From Okamejei kenojei (taxonomy: Eukaryota), in contig CM069137.1 of the NCBI GenBank assembly GCA_035221665.1, positions 29,946,001 to 30,010,000 on the forward strand: 64,000 nucleotides of DNA. The letters are read 5' to 3'. The notes under the pieces were generated by a model. It saw nothing but the letters and a program-made list of their open reading frames with translations, was not told where the DNA came from and searched no databases. This document shows, piece by piece, positions 50,440 to 63,405 of this stretch. Each line of letters begins with the position of its first letter. Within the stretch, counting starts at the first letter, position 1. Made by a program: the position numbers and the translations under genes.

Positions 50440-50682
50440 TCTCTCTCTCTCTCTCTCTCTCTCCATCCCCTCCCCATTCTCAGTTCTCCCACCAGTCTTA
50501 CTGTCTCCGACTACATTCTATCTCTGTCCTGCCCACTCCCCTGATATCATTCTAAAGAGGGGTCTCGACCCGAAACGTCACCCATTCCTTCTCTCCAGAG
50601 ATGCTGCCTGTCCCGTTGAGTTACTCCAGCATTTTGTGTCTACCTCCGATATAAACCAGCATCTGCAGTTCCTTCCTACACA
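50440..50682 (+). mobile_element. Penelope pLTR with G5A-mutated hammerhead motif
   Basis: CTAAAGA-G-GGGTCtcGACCC-GAAAC-GTC at 50552-50579, then the full family body to cagttccttcctacaca. Confidence 0.82.
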
Positions 50683-51386
50683 TTTTGTTGGAGAGGTGTC
50701 AGTAAAAGTGATTGCATATCAATTTCAAAGGTAATTCATGCTTAAGAAACAATGGTGACTGATTACTGCATGGAGATTACATTGAAAAAGTCCCCCCCCC
50801 CCCCCCCCTCTTCCCCCATACTGTTTAAATCAAGAACAGTTTTTTTGGTTTGTCAGTTGCCAAAGTAACTTTTGAGTGGATCTCTAATTTCTGATCAAAA
50901 TCACATTATAACCAAGTTATCACGCATTATACAAGTAATCTTCCCTAATTAATCATTTGTTATTTACAATCCATGACATGGAATAAATGTTATATCAAAA
51001 TTACCTATATCAAGATTTAGATATTTCTCCCATGGAGAGCATTTTTCTCTATCCTGTAATCCTTAATTTTGTATGCATCTATCATTTCCCCTCTTAGCCT
51101 CTTCATCTCTAAGAGAGACAATTACAGCCACTGAGTGTCCTCATAAATAACATTCTCCTCTGTACCTCTGTGGTGCAATCAATTCAAACCTTTAGTGTGT
51201 TGACCAGAACTGTACTCAATTATCCAGCTGTGGTCTAACTAGTTTTTTTTTAAGTCATACTGTAATCTCCCTGCTCTTATATTCTGTGCCCAGGCTACTG
51301 AAGGCAAGTATCTCATATGGTTTCTTCTCCATCTTGCCCTAAATGTGCTGTCACCCTTTTGGATCCTTAGACTTAGTTGAATTCAA

Positions 51387-51669
51387 TTTAGTTTTAGTTT
51401 AGAGATACGGTGCAGAAACAGGCCCTTTGGACCACCTAGTCTGCGCCGACCAGTGATCCCCATACACTTGCACTATCCTACACACTAGGGACAATTTACA
51501 AGTTTTAACAAAGCCAATTAATCTACAAACCTGTACCTCTTTGGATTGTTTGAGGAAAACTGAGCACCCAGAGAAACCCCACATGGTCAGACAACGCCCG
51601 TAGTCAAGATCGAACCCGTGTCTCTGTCATTGTAAGGCAGCAACTCTACTGGTGTGCCACTGTGTTACC
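51387..51669 (-). mobile_element. HE1-like tRNA-derived V-SINE, near full length
   Basis: Minus strand head gtggcacaccagtagagttgctgcc and B box GGTTCGATCT, central V-domain-like region, CR1-type tail and (aaact)n. Confidence 0.85.
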
Positions 51670-51932
51670 ATACAGCAACAAGGCTACAGACTTCTACAGC
51701 AAAATCTCTCTGTTCCCTAATATTTCCTAAGTGTCTACCGTTCATTATATTTTCATTTAATGTGTGCCGCAAACAACATTTAATGATCTATTAGGCAATT
51801 TAGATGAAATACACCCAACAAGAATATATTTTGCAGGTATGATTGCCCTTTTAAAATCATTTGTCATTTCCAAGTGCAATGTGACTTTTGGTTGAATCAT
51901 GGCATGTGCCTAAGAAAATGGCACTTGCCTGG

Positions 51933-52210
51933 ACATATAGGCAGAGTAGTGAGGCATGAAAAATGAGTTGTATGCACTTGGAATCCTCTCTCTACAATCA
52001 GTAGACTGAGATTGCCAAATCTTGCTTCTCGATAGTTTGAAGCATGTTTAATATTTTATGTGTCATTCTTAACATATAGGCAGAGTAGTGAGGCATGAAA
52101 AATTAGTTGTATGCACTTGGAATCCTCTCTCTACAAACAGTAGACTGAGATTGCCAAATCTTGCTTCTCGATATTTTGAAGCATGTTTAATATTTTATGT
52201 GTCATTCTTA
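51933..52210. repeat. 139-bp tandem duplication (2 copies)
   Basis: Copies start acatataggcagagtagtgagg at 51933 and 52072; 3 substitutions seen. Confidence 0.95.
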
Positions 52211-52295
52211 ATTGTTACTGTATGTCACGTTGTTACTTGCAAGAGGAGTACCAAGGCAAATTCCTTGTATGTGTACATATTTGGCCAATAAACCT

Positions 52296-52341
52296 CCTCA
52301 TCCTCATCCTCATCCTCATCCTCATCATCCTCATCCTCATC
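52296..52341. repeat. (CCTCAT)n microsatellite forming a retroposon tail
   Basis: Follows caaattccttgtatgtgtacatatttggccaataaa. Confidence 0.85.
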
Positions 52342-52762
52342 TGAATGAAAACAGAATTAAACATCAGCTATAGTGTAGGCAAGAACAGGAGGAATGCGGT
52401 AAAGACATTACCTGGCTGGTATTCTGCACCTTGCACATTTATGATGTGTCAGCATTTGAATTTTTCCAAATGGTACAGACATCTTGGGTCGGGTTTTAAA
52501 GTAAATGTGTAATTTTATGAATAATTTAGTTTATAGGCAGTCAACAACTGCAGTGGACATAGGAGGCTCTGGATGTTGAAATCTGGACCAAAAAATAAAC
52601 TGCTGGAAGAACTGAGCAGTTCATTCAATATCTATGAGGGCAAAGGGATGGTCAACATTCTGGGTTGAGATCCTGCTGAACAATTCATTTAGAACATGAT
52701 ATTTTGCACTATGATTATTTTCTCTTTAGCATGATCTGATGTACTCATGTATGGTATAATTT

Positions 52763-52875
52763 GTGTAGGAAGGAAGTGCAGGTGCTGGTTTACACTGATG
52801 ATAGACACACAATGCTGGAGTAACTCAGCGGGACAGGCAGCATCTCTGGAGAGAAGGAATAGGTGATGTTTTGGG
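52763..52875 (-). mobile_element. Penelope pLTR fragment
   Basis: tgtgtaggaaggaagtgcaggtgctgg..tgctggagtaactcagcgggacaggcagcatctctggagag. Confidence 0.75.
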
Positions 52876-53550
52876 TGGCATTTCTGGACTGTAAACTGTG
52901 GACAGCTAGTGATCTCAGTTCATCCATCCTCGCTTAACTACTTTTCCTGTAGGCTTCGTTAGAACATACACAAAAAATATTAGAGACAGGAAAAGATCTA
53001 AATTGAGAGGATGAAGGAAAAAATGTTTGTGAAGAGATTAAAGAACAGTAATGGATCAAATAATTTGGTCTTTCAACCTTCAAAGTGAATCAAACCACCC
53101 TGCTTGCATAATTAACAAACTATAGAGAACCACAAACTATTGCATTGGATATTTACATTCTTTCAGTATCCTATTACAAATGTATATATACATATACACC
53201 ATATGGATCAGAGTGTGATTTTATTGCTGCATCCCAATCAGAGAGGTATAAAATATTATGTGGGATGCAGGCAAAGGTGTGTTTCATCTCCTGTTTTCTG
53301 CAGAGTTTTAGTTATTTTTTCTGGTGTGACACCACTTCCTTCAGATTTGGAGCCATTTACTTTTTATCAGATTAAAATATAGTTCAATTATTTTAGATGT
53401 AGTGGAACAAGAAAATCAGATCAAAGCACACATGACTGTGCACCAGTGATTGCATACATGATGGATGTATCTTATTACTTTTTACGGTTTTGAACCAGGT
53501 CTTTGTTTGAAGAGGCTATATCAGGGATTTGTCTGTTGCTGACACACTTA

Positions 53551-54174
53551 GGGGCCTGTCCCACTTAGGAAATTATTTTTGCCGATTGTCACAGCCGTCG
53601 CAGGTCACCGAAAATGCGGCGACTGGACCCCCCCCCCCACGACATTGTCTACGACAAGCTACGACAACCTACCACCTAGTCGACGTCAAGTTATGGCAAG
53701 CTACCGACAACCGCCGACTCATTAGGACGTCCATTTACGACCACACCTACGACAACCTACGACCACATGGGTGACAACCTACAACAACTGAAGCAACGAC
53801 CCTGTCGGCGACAAATGAAGACAACTGAAGACAATTCAGTCGCCGGTACCTGTCGCCGGTTGATGTAGGTAGTCGGCAATGGAATTCACCGAAATCAGCA
53901 CCAGACAACAACCAACGTCACCTGGCGACAACGTGCGTCATTCTGGTGACAACCTATGACAGCACCTACGACAGGAGAAGACAAGCTACGTCAAGACCAT
54001 AGTCGCCGAAACGTTTTGAACATTTAAAAATCCAGTGGCGACCAGAAAAACATTACGACTCTTTAGGCGACTTGAGGAGACTACTCACGACCATACAGGT
54101 GTCACCCCGCGACCATGTGGCAACAGCCTAGTCGCTTGTAGTCGCCAAAAAAATTGCCTAAGTGGGACAGGGGC
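53551..54174. mobile_element. PIF/Harbinger-type MITE
   Basis: TIRs ggggcctgtcccacttagg / cctaagtgggacaggggc. TTA duplication at 53548-53550 and 54175-54177. Interior rich in cgacaa/gtcgcc units. Confidence 0.82.
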
Positions 54175-55221
54175 TTAACAGCCAATTCTTGCCCTTGGTA
54201 ACTGTTACTTGGTAACTTGGTAACTCTGGCATAATTAAGTTTGAAAACTCATAATGTTTCAACCAGTATTCAATGGTTGACTGTTATTGAGAAATAACTT
54301 CAGATTGCTGTATAGCAATGCTGAATAACAAGTGTTATTGCTAATAATAGCAATATTAATTACTTTTGATGTCCAATTGATATGCATTTGACTTTGCAAT
54401 TACTGGCATAACTATTGCTACTTGTAAATAGCTTATGATTCAAAACTCTGTGATGAACCTTACTCTTTGATAAACTGGAGACTAAGCTAATTTTGATGAA
54501 TTAAGATTGAAAAATGCTGCAACTATTCAGTAAGTAAGGGGGAAATATAATTAATGTTTCAGGTCTATGACCTTGTCCTCTGAGCTGGGAAACATTGGCT
54601 AGTAGACAAGTTTTAAGTTTCAGGTAAGGATGTGGTAGGGGAAAACTAAGGGAGACTGAGAGAAAATGGATGACACAGATTGATGTCTTTTTTGAAAGGA
54701 TGGTGAGTTCTTGTTGATGGGGACTAATCTGTCTGGAAGAGGTGAAAAAAAAGGAGAATAAAATTTAAAAAATGCTGAAATTGTGAGAAACAGAATATAG
54801 CAGTTGTTAAAGTTCAGAAATAAACTAATTATGATTGGACCAGCAACAGAAAGGTCTCAATACCTCAACAAACCCTGGGTGTTTCTCTTTTTTTCTTTCT
54901 CTTCCTGAAAGATAACATTACTTGCTTATTGGACATGAGAACTCGTGTTAGATTTTAAAAAGATTCCTAATGTAAACCAGTGTGGTGATGAAAAGATATC
55001 CATTTATTTAGCTATAACATGTGCACTAACTAAAACAGATATCTAATCCAATCAAGTGCAACATCACCAGATCAAATCAGACCAAGTTGTCATTCTGCAT
55101 GCCTTCCAAAACCTCTCTTCATTGACCTTTAATTTTGTGTCTCAGGTCTGAATTCACAAAGATCCCCTGCACTTCTGTTGGGACATACCTACATCCATTT
55201 AAAAGTTGCAGTTCACTAGTA

Positions 55222-55883
55222 TGCATCCACATTGATGCGACAGCCAAGAAAGCACACCAACACTTCTACTTCCTGAGGGAACATGGCATGTTTCCAGTGA
55301 CTCTAACAAACTTCTACAGATGCACCATATTAAGCATACTATCAGGTTGCATCACAGCTTAGTTTGGGAACATCTCTGCCCGAAATTGCAAGAAATTGTA
55401 GAGAGTTGTAGATTTAGCCCAGTCCATCACACAGAGCAGATCTCCCACCAGTAACACCATCTACACTTCACTGTGTCTCAGAAAATCAGCCAACATAATC
55501 AAATACTTGTCCCACCCCACTCAATCCTTCTTCCCCCTGCTTTGGCAGAAGGTAAAAAAGCTTGAAACGCGCACCACTAGATTCGAAAACAGCACCTTCC
55601 ACTCGGTTATCAGGTTTCTGAAGGTCCTATAAACTAGGGTACAGTCCGATTCACTTATACCTTATTATGTATATTAGACCATCTATGGTACTAATGTGTT
55701 ACAAATGCTGAGAACTGTACTCTGCACGCTTTATCTTCCCCTTTCCTTTATTTATTGTACTTGAGTTTGCCTTGATTGTATTTATGCATGGTATATCTGA
55801 TTCGTTTGGATAGCATGCGAAACAAAGCTTTATACTATAGCTCGGTACACATGACAATAATAATCTAAACCTAATCCTAAACA
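55222..55883 (+). mobile_element. Rex1/Babar LINE 3' fragment
   Basis: HIDATAKKAHQHFYFLR..TNFYRCTI in ORF 55135..55362; tail ggtacacatgacaataataatctaaacc. Confidence 0.8.
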
Positions 55884-57625
55884 TTTTCTCATCTTTGGGT
55901 GCAGAGCGGAAGACACTAATCTGTCAAAAGCCTTAATTCATGCTTGCTTAATTAAAAAGCTGCATTCAATTCCCTTTGCCTTTCTGCGCTTTGAGACTTT
56001 GCAATTCAACTCTCACAGCAAATGTTAATGTTGAACAGAACCCATCTTAAAAACAATTTATTGTGACTATACAGACATTTCAGATGTCCCTTAGTCCTAG
56101 CAGTGCGATCCCTTAATTCCTGAGTTGAGGTGACCTTCTGTATATTTGGACTAATTTTCCTATACATTTCTCTCTCATCAGCTCTTTCTGTGGGTTTTCT
56201 TGCAGACATATTTACCCTTTCTCTGTGCCATGCATGTTAATTACTTCATGGCAGAAGAATGAAATGCACACCGTGGGAATCTATGATCTTGTTAACTGCA
56301 TCTTTCCCGAGGCTGGAATGTCATTTAAAGATCTCCTATCTTCTTAATAGCTCCATATTTTATGTCTCTGTCGTGTAAGAAGCAGGCCAGGCCAATTATT
56401 TAAACCCATCACTCCTATGTTTTTAATTTTAACAGTACTTGGTGGATTCTAAAAGCAGTTGTACTTTCCAACTGAATTTGCATTTTACTGCAATTTTTTC
56501 CAGAGTAATGCATTTTTGCCTTTCTATTCAATTATTTTATAACATGATTAGCAATCTTGATCAGACTAGGTTTTAAAATGAATCCCTAATAACCTATACA
56601 TGTCTAATATCCTGTTAATTTTTATTATATTCCTGTCTTGTTATCAACATAACAAGATGAAAAAGGTTAGTTTAGCACTGGGTGTGCTCATCTAACTGGC
56701 TGCTCCTCATCAGAATTTGGGCTGTGAGTTTCTCAGGTTACTGTATGTGAGTAGCTTTGAGCAGATGAGTATAATTCAATTTTTTTTCCTTGGAGAATCT
56801 ATGGATTTTGATGTCACCTGCTGCACCCTAATTGTGCCTTGTCAAGCACCGAAACAAAATTAGACAGGACAAATACAATGCTCTTCATTCATGGGTGAGA
56901 CAGGAAGGCACATTGTTGATTAACGTATATTTATGGAAACTTACTGAAACAGAACAATTGTAATACAGATATTTGTAAATGCCTCCTTTCATTGAACTAC
57001 GGCCAGCCCATGTGCCATCCGCAAATTACTCGCTGGACTTTGTCATGCCCAAAGATACTATTATATGTGCTTTCCTGTTTAAAGTGGCGACTGTAATCTT
57101 TCTCCCTATGAACCATTAGTTGCTGGAATTCAGTTCATTTGGCTCCTTTGTTAAAGCACAAAGACTTTTACTTATGCAGCCACGATGTCTTACTATAATG
57201 TTGTAAATTGAGCTACAAGTAGGTCTACTTTACAATAATATGCCAGACACTATATAAATGTCAAAAATGTTATTGAACACATCACATGGACTGCTCCATC
57301 TCTGTGATCTCCAGCAGAATTATGGACAACAGTAAAATTTACATCTACATATTAGTATGCATCACATCTCAGATTTATAAGACTCTTATCCTAATGTACT
57401 TTTAAATTAAGGAAAAGCCATCGCTTTCTTATAGCATGTAAGCGGGGAAGAAAAGCCCTACATGCATCTTGAGAACAAAGGAAACAATTAATTTCTCAAA
57501 TTAATTAGAGCACTTACATGAATGTGCATTATCTTCATGCAGTGAGAGGTCCATTTATCTTCAATTTTTGCTGCATGTAAATATACTGGCTTTAAAAAGT
57601 GCAAGTGAACTTGTCATTTCCTGAA

Positions 57626-57726
57626 GAAAGACACAAAATGCTGGAGTGACTCAACGGGTCAAGCCGCATCTCTGGAGAATAGGGGAATAAGTGATGTTTT
57701 AGGTTGAGACCCTTCTTCAGACTGAT
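57626..57726 (-). mobile_element. Penelope pLTR fragment
   Basis: Minus strand CTGAAGAAGGGTCTCAACCTAAAAC at its 5' end plus family body. Confidence 0.75.
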
Positions 57727-57994
57727 TTCCTGATACCGGCATCAACAGCAAAATAAAGTTGTAACAATTCGTTAAATCGGCTGTAAGGGTCTGTATTACT
57801 GCAATGCCAAAGATCAGCCTTGTGCATACAACAGTCGGATACTTTCCTCAGGAAGGCTGCGGACACCAACTGGATTAAAGGCCAAAGAACAAAGGACATT
57901 TATTGTCACATGCACCAATTGGTGTAGTGTAATTTGAGCACACAAATAAAATAAACACAACATTATAAAATTAAACATTATACATAAAAATGTT

Positions 57995-58465
57995 ATGATT
58001 AACAAGCTTATCAGGAAGGCTGGCTCCGTCCTGGGCGCGGAGTTGGATTCATGGGATGTGGGCTTGGAGGGCAGGATGCTCCTCAAACTGCGGAGCATCT
58101 TGGGCAATACAGCTCATCCCCTCCATGACACACTGAGGGTCAACCTGAGGAGTACTTTCAGCCATTGATTGGTTCCATCAAGATGCATGACAGAACACCA
58201 CAGGATAATCTTTTTCCCTGTGGCTATCAAACTGTACAACTCCTTCCCCTTCTGTCGTGGGGTAGGCTGACTCACCACCCCCCCCCCCCCCCCCCCAATC
58301 TTTGCACAATCTTTCCAGCTACCACTGTGCCACCCTAAATGTGCTCAATCCTTTCCACTCGTCACTTAATGCTTCGTGTATCTTGCGTTTTACGATAGAA
58401 CTGCTGCAGACCAATTTCCTGCCTGGGATAAATAACATTCTATCGTATCATATTGTACCATATCA
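57995..58465 (+). mobile_element. Rex1/Babar LINE 3' fragment
   Basis: aacaagcttatcaggaaggctggctcc (NKLIRKAGS), HPLH and SFFPVAIKLYN-like motifs, (tatcg)n tail. Confidence 0.75.
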
Positions 58466-58687
58466 AGATGACCAGAAACACTCACTTTTATGATGTAGAT
58501 TGACCAGTCATACAGCATGAGAATGACTTTTTTTTCTGACTTCTGTAGTTTTGCATTCAACATTGTATTGTTGCTCTGCTTCTGTTGGCTTTATGAGTGT
58601 AGAATCCATTTAGACACTAAGGACGTTTAAAACTTTATCCATAACTATTTCAATTACATTTATAAAATATTTTGGTTGGTCTTTTTA

Positions 58688-59080
58688 CATAGATAGAAAC
58701 ATAGAAAATAGGTGCCGGAGGAGGTCATTAGGCCCTTCGAGCCAGCACCGCCATTCATTGTGATCATGGTTGATCGTCCGCTATCAATAACCCGTGCCTG
58801 CCTTCTCCCCATATCCCTTGACTCCACTAGCCCCTAGAGCTCTATCCAACTCTCTCTTAAATCCATCCAGTGGTTTGGCCTCCTGTGTGGCAGGCAATTC
58901 CATAAATTCACAACTCTCTGGGTAAAAAAGTTTTTTCTCAGTCTTAAATTACCTCCCCTTTATTCTAAGACTGTGGCCCCTGGTTCTGGACTCACCCAAC
59001 ATTGGGAACATTTTTCCTGCATCTAGCTTGTCCAGTCCTTTTATAATTTTATATGTTTCTATAAGTTCGTCCCTCATCCT
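58688..59080 (-). mobile_element. CR1 3' fragment
   Basis: catagatagaaacatagaaaatagg tail and ORF2 C-terminal homology. Confidence 0.85.
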
Positions 59081-59104
59081 TTTTATCCTCATTATGGTTT
59101 TCTT

Positions 59105-60135
59105 TTATTCATTCATGGGATGTGACCTCGCAGGTTGAGCAAACATTTAATTTCCTGTCCATAATTATTTTTAGATTTACATTTATTATTGTCACATGTA
59201 CAGAGAAACAGTGAAAATCAACACATAAAAAGATAACGCCTAAGCCTGGTGACTCTCTGCGTGCTTGTCCCAGAAGTGGATCTGCTGTCATTCATTACAA
59301 TCACTCCACTCTTTTAAACCTCTATACCAACACTAAACATTATTCCATTTATCCTGTATTGGTACACCGTGGATGGCTTGATTGTAATCATGTATATTCG
59401 TTCAACTTACTGGATAGCATGCAACAACAAAAAAAGTATTTCACTGTACATCAGTACGCATGACAATAACTTAAACTAAACACTAACAGTTTTTTTGCAA
59501 GCTATCCAGGCATATCTGGTAATACTATCAAGTCAAACTCATGTACAATAGATAGAGCATAGGGGAAGATTCAGAGTGCAGAATATAGTTCTCACCATTG
59601 TAACGTATCAGTTCCATAAACAATTGGGTCGAACCTCTTGCAGAATTATGGACAACAGTAAAATGTGGTGAATTGCTGCCTTGAGCTGTTGCAGTCGTTG
59701 GGGGTGTGTGTTTACTCACAAAGCTGTTCAATAGAGAGTTCCATGATTTTGATCCAGCAATGGTGAAGGAATGGTGATATATTTCCAAGTCAGTGTGCTG
59801 TGTGGCTTGGAGGGCAACTTTCAGTTGATAGTCCACTTGTCCTTTCAACTGGTAGAGGTCATTGGTTTGGAATATGTTGTGTCAAGAGTTTTAGTGAATT
59901 GCAGCAGTGCATCCTATAGATTGATAGAACCAAGTGCTACTTTACATTAATGGTGGAGGGAATTAATGGTTTTGGATGTAACCAAATGAGGGGGCTGCCA
60001 TGTCCTACATAGTGATGAACTACTTGAGAATTGCTGATGCGGCATTCATCCAGTCAAGTCAAGAGTATCCCATAATTCTCATGACGAGCCTTCTAGATGA
60101 TGGGCAGGCTTTGTAGTTAGGATGCGAGTTACTCT
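59105..60135 (-). mobile_element. Old LINE 3' portion with nested Rex1-type tails (about 59170-59640)
   Basis: ttcattcatgggatgtg tail; SFTIAGSKSWNSL motif in ORF 59528..59848. Confidence 0.5.
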
Positions 60136-60396
60136 GAAATCTTTACTGACATAACTTTTACCAATGAGATACAAAATAATGATTTTGGCTTAATTTACTC
60201 TTTACAGGTTGAAGTTTACCCTCCTAATTATCATTGTAACAGTTTCTATTTTTCAATCTATTGTTTCCTGAACATTTTTGGAAAGGTCTATTTTTCCTTT
60301 GATTCACACTCATTTACATTAACTTAATGAGCACCTTATCTGATTTTAGTTATTTACGTAAATGACCATTTTAAGCATAATGTAAATTATATACTG

Positions 60397-60561
60397 GTTA
60401 GACACAAAATGTTGGAGTAACTGGAGAGAAATAATTCCTGGAGAAATAAACTGGAGAGAAATAATTCCTTCTCTCCAGAGATTCTGCATGTTACGCTGAA
60501 TTACCCCAGCATTTTGCGTCTACCTTCGATTTAAACCAGCATCTGCAGTTCTTTCCTACAC
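60397..60561. mobile_element. Palindromic Penelope pLTR remnant with TSD
   Basis: Perfect 11-bp flanking duplication attatatactg at 60386-60396 and 60562-60572; scrambled centre with ctggagagaaataa repeats. Confidence 0.8.
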
Positions 60562-61009
60562 ATTATATACTGAAGTATTTGAAACAGTTTGTTTTTGCTG
60601 TTGCCAGTTAGTCATTACAAAGTTAAATGGACCTTATTCCTACTAGTTGTAGTTCAGATCCCTCTTGATATGCTGTCACGAGAAGGGCAGAACTGCAGCT
60701 TTACAAAAGCACACCCAGCCAGCAGTGTAAACGTTTTCATTTCAAAATTAAAGGCTCATTGAGATGTGTAATTTATGACAAATTATGAAAAACCTGTCAC
60801 TGGAAACGTCCTCTAGGATTTAGATTAAAGAATCTTAATTTATTTTATGTAAAGCCATAGCTTTGAAGTAATACTTGATGTAATAACTAATTCTAACTTC
60901 GAGTTTTTGTGCAAAAGGATGAGCAATGCCCTGAACTGGAAAGGGTTTCTACATTATAATTGGTTGTTCATGAGCCAAAGGAGCAATACTATTTTCAAAT
61001 TTTAACTCT

Positions 61010-61175
61010 TTAGAGTTTAAAGAGATACAGCTACAGTGTGGAAATAGGCCCCTCAGCACATTGAGTCCTTGCCGACCCATCTATGTTAACCCACTTTTGT
61101 ATCCTGCACACTTGGGGCAGTTTACAGAAAAGCCATTTAACCTACAAACCTGCACATGTTTGGAATGTGGGAGGA
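61010..61175 (-). mobile_element. HE1/V-SINE fragment
   Basis: agagatacagc..aggccc..aacctacaaacctgcacatgtttggaatgtgggagg. Confidence 0.65.
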
Positions 61176-61179
61176 GACT

Positions 61180-62750
61180 GTTGTTTATTGACTACAGCTT
61201 GGCATTCAATACCATCATCCCCTAAAAACTTACCAAACTTAGAGAACTGGCTCTCTGCTCATCCGTTTGCATTTAAATCCTTGACATTCACATGGACACA
61301 CCACAATCAGTATGAATGTTCAACAACACATCTTCCTCGATTGCCATCAAAACAGGAGTAACACAATCAAGCCTGTGTGTTCCATCTCCTGCTCTGCTCA
61401 CTCTATACCCTGCAGCCAGGCAGAGCCCCATCGCTATGTATAAATTGGCTGTCACTACAACCATTGTTGGACAAGTAACAGGTAATGAGTCAGAATACAG
61501 GAGGGAGATTGACAATCTAATTGAATTGTGCCAGAACAACAGTCTTGCAAAATCACTGAGCTGATTGTTGACTTTAGAATAGTAAAGAGAGTCAACAACT
61601 TAAAGTTCCTAGGCCTGGAAATCTCTGAAGATCTGTCCCGGGCCCAGCACATTGATGCAATCAGAAAAAAAAGCCCATCGACACGTTTACTTCCTTCAAA
61701 GATTGAGGAGATGTGTATGTCACTGAATAGTCCAACAAAGTTCTACAGGTGTACACTAGAGGGCATACTGTGTAGGAAGTAACTGCAGATGCAGGTTTTA
61801 CACCGAAGATAGACACAAAATGCTGGAGTAACTCAACGGGCACGCAGCATCTCTGGAGAAAATGATAGGTGACGTTTCAGGTCAAGACCCTTCTTCTGAC
61901 TGAGAGTCAGGGGAGGGGAAATTAGAGGAAATTAGAGGTATAGGAAGGTACAAATAACAAATGAATGAAAGGTATGTAAAGAACAAATCAAAGCCAGGAA
62001 CAATGATCGAGGAAAGGTGGAGCCCACAATGTTCCATTGTTGGTTGTGGAAAAAGTAATAACAAGTGGATACAGACGGTGAAATTAAGGAGGATGGCAGT
62101 GAAGCTAATTGGATGAGTAGGTTGGGGAGGGACAGAGAGAGAGGGAATGCAAGCGTCACTTGAAATTAGAGAAATCAATATTAATACAGCAGGGTTGTTC
62201 GCTGCCCAAGCGTACTATGAGGTCTTGGTCCTCCAGTCGTGTCTAGAGAGCATACTGACTTATTAAATTGAGGCTTGATTTGGTAACTCAACATCACAGG
62301 AACAAAGGATGCTGTGAGGACGCAGAGTGACCTGGACAGGTTGGATGTTGCCCAGTCCATCATGGTGATATTGACCACCCAGAGGACCAATATCATCAAA
62401 GATGCTTTCCACTCTGGCCACACTCTCATCGCACTGCGACCGTCAGGAACTGCGATCTCCAAGTTCATGAACAGCTTCTTTCCAGCAATCATCCGGCCCA
62501 TGAATCCTGCACATCTCTAACCGTAATCCTACCACAACTATGATCTTTCATATCAGCTATGAACTTTCTTTGGTTGCACTACATACTTTGGGTTTGACTA
62601 TTATGGTCTGGTTGCCAGGCGTTACTGATTTTTTTTGTGTTATTGATTACTGTATATTTAAGTGTTATTGTGTTAATGGGCCTGTAAAACTGCATAAAGT
62701 AGAAATTTAATTGTTCTATTGCCATGCATGTGACAATTAAACATTCTTGA
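61180..62750 (+). mobile_element. Rex1/Babar LINE, degenerate RT and 3' end, interrupted by Penelope
   Basis: [13 protein letters not shown]-like start, [32 protein letters not shown]; tail gtgacaattaaacattcttga. Confidence 0.8.
61771..62242 (-). mobile_element. Penelope-like element 3' end (GIY-YIG C-terminus + complete pLTR) with 15-bp TSD
   Basis: Minus 62242-62156 reads TRLEDQDLIVRLGSEQPCCINIDFSNFK-stop. Hammerhead-like CAGAAGA..GAAACGTC at 61898-61871. TSD ctagagggcatactg (61756-61770) / ctagagagcatactg (62243-62257). Confidence 0.85.
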
Positions 62751-62931
62751 GCCTGAACTCTTGGTGTTTTCTGCCATTCCTTAATGTTGTTTCTAATGTT
62801 GCTGAATTGCAGAATCAATTTGTAACATTTCAGCGGCTAGATTACAAGCCGTTTTATAATTACAAAACACCTGATTAAAAAGGTTTGTACTAAAGGATGA
62901 ATAACAGCCTGACATACATGTTCTTATTGTT

Positions 62932-63040
62932 TGAAGAAAGGTTTCGGCCCGAAACATTGGCTATTTCCTTGCTCCATAACGTTGCTCCATAGATGCTGCT
63001 GCACCCAATGAGTTTCTCCAGCACTTTTGTCTACCTCCTC
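62932..63040 (+). mobile_element. Penelope pLTR fragment starting in the hammerhead core, with TSD
   Basis: Starts TGAAGAAAGGTTTCGGCCCGAAAC. Flanks ttcttattgtt (62921-62931) / ttcttatcgtt (63041-63051). Confidence 0.78.
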
Positions 63041-63405
63041 TTCTTATCGTTCAAGTGGTCCAGTGCAGAGTTAGTAACCACAGGGTCTGCATACTTAAAC
63101 TAAACCTCTTCCACCGAATGCATGCTGTGGGTGGGATTTGTGATGCCTCCTCCTTAATGTGCTTGTAGCATTCAGCCAGTGTCAAGCAAGATGTTAAATT
63201 AATTAGGACTTTAGCCAGGGGTTTCAATTTTAATAGTGGTTTGTACCACTCTGAAACCAGTCGGTGTTTCTTAGAGCCCACCCTGTACATCTTCAAGGGG
63301 AGGTAGAACTGGTGCAAGGGCAAAAGTAACTTGATTCAACAAGCATAACTTAACACTTGAACGACTGAGCTCCATATTTATCTTGGGGTGCACAAACTCT
63401 TCAAA

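Noticed and set aside
56968-57096. Cys-containing frame after tacag (DICKCLL..MCHP..) considered as an EGF exon
   Set aside because: Cysteine spacing does not fit EGF or the expected VWDE segment, the polypyrimidine tract is poor and no convincing donor precedes the stop.
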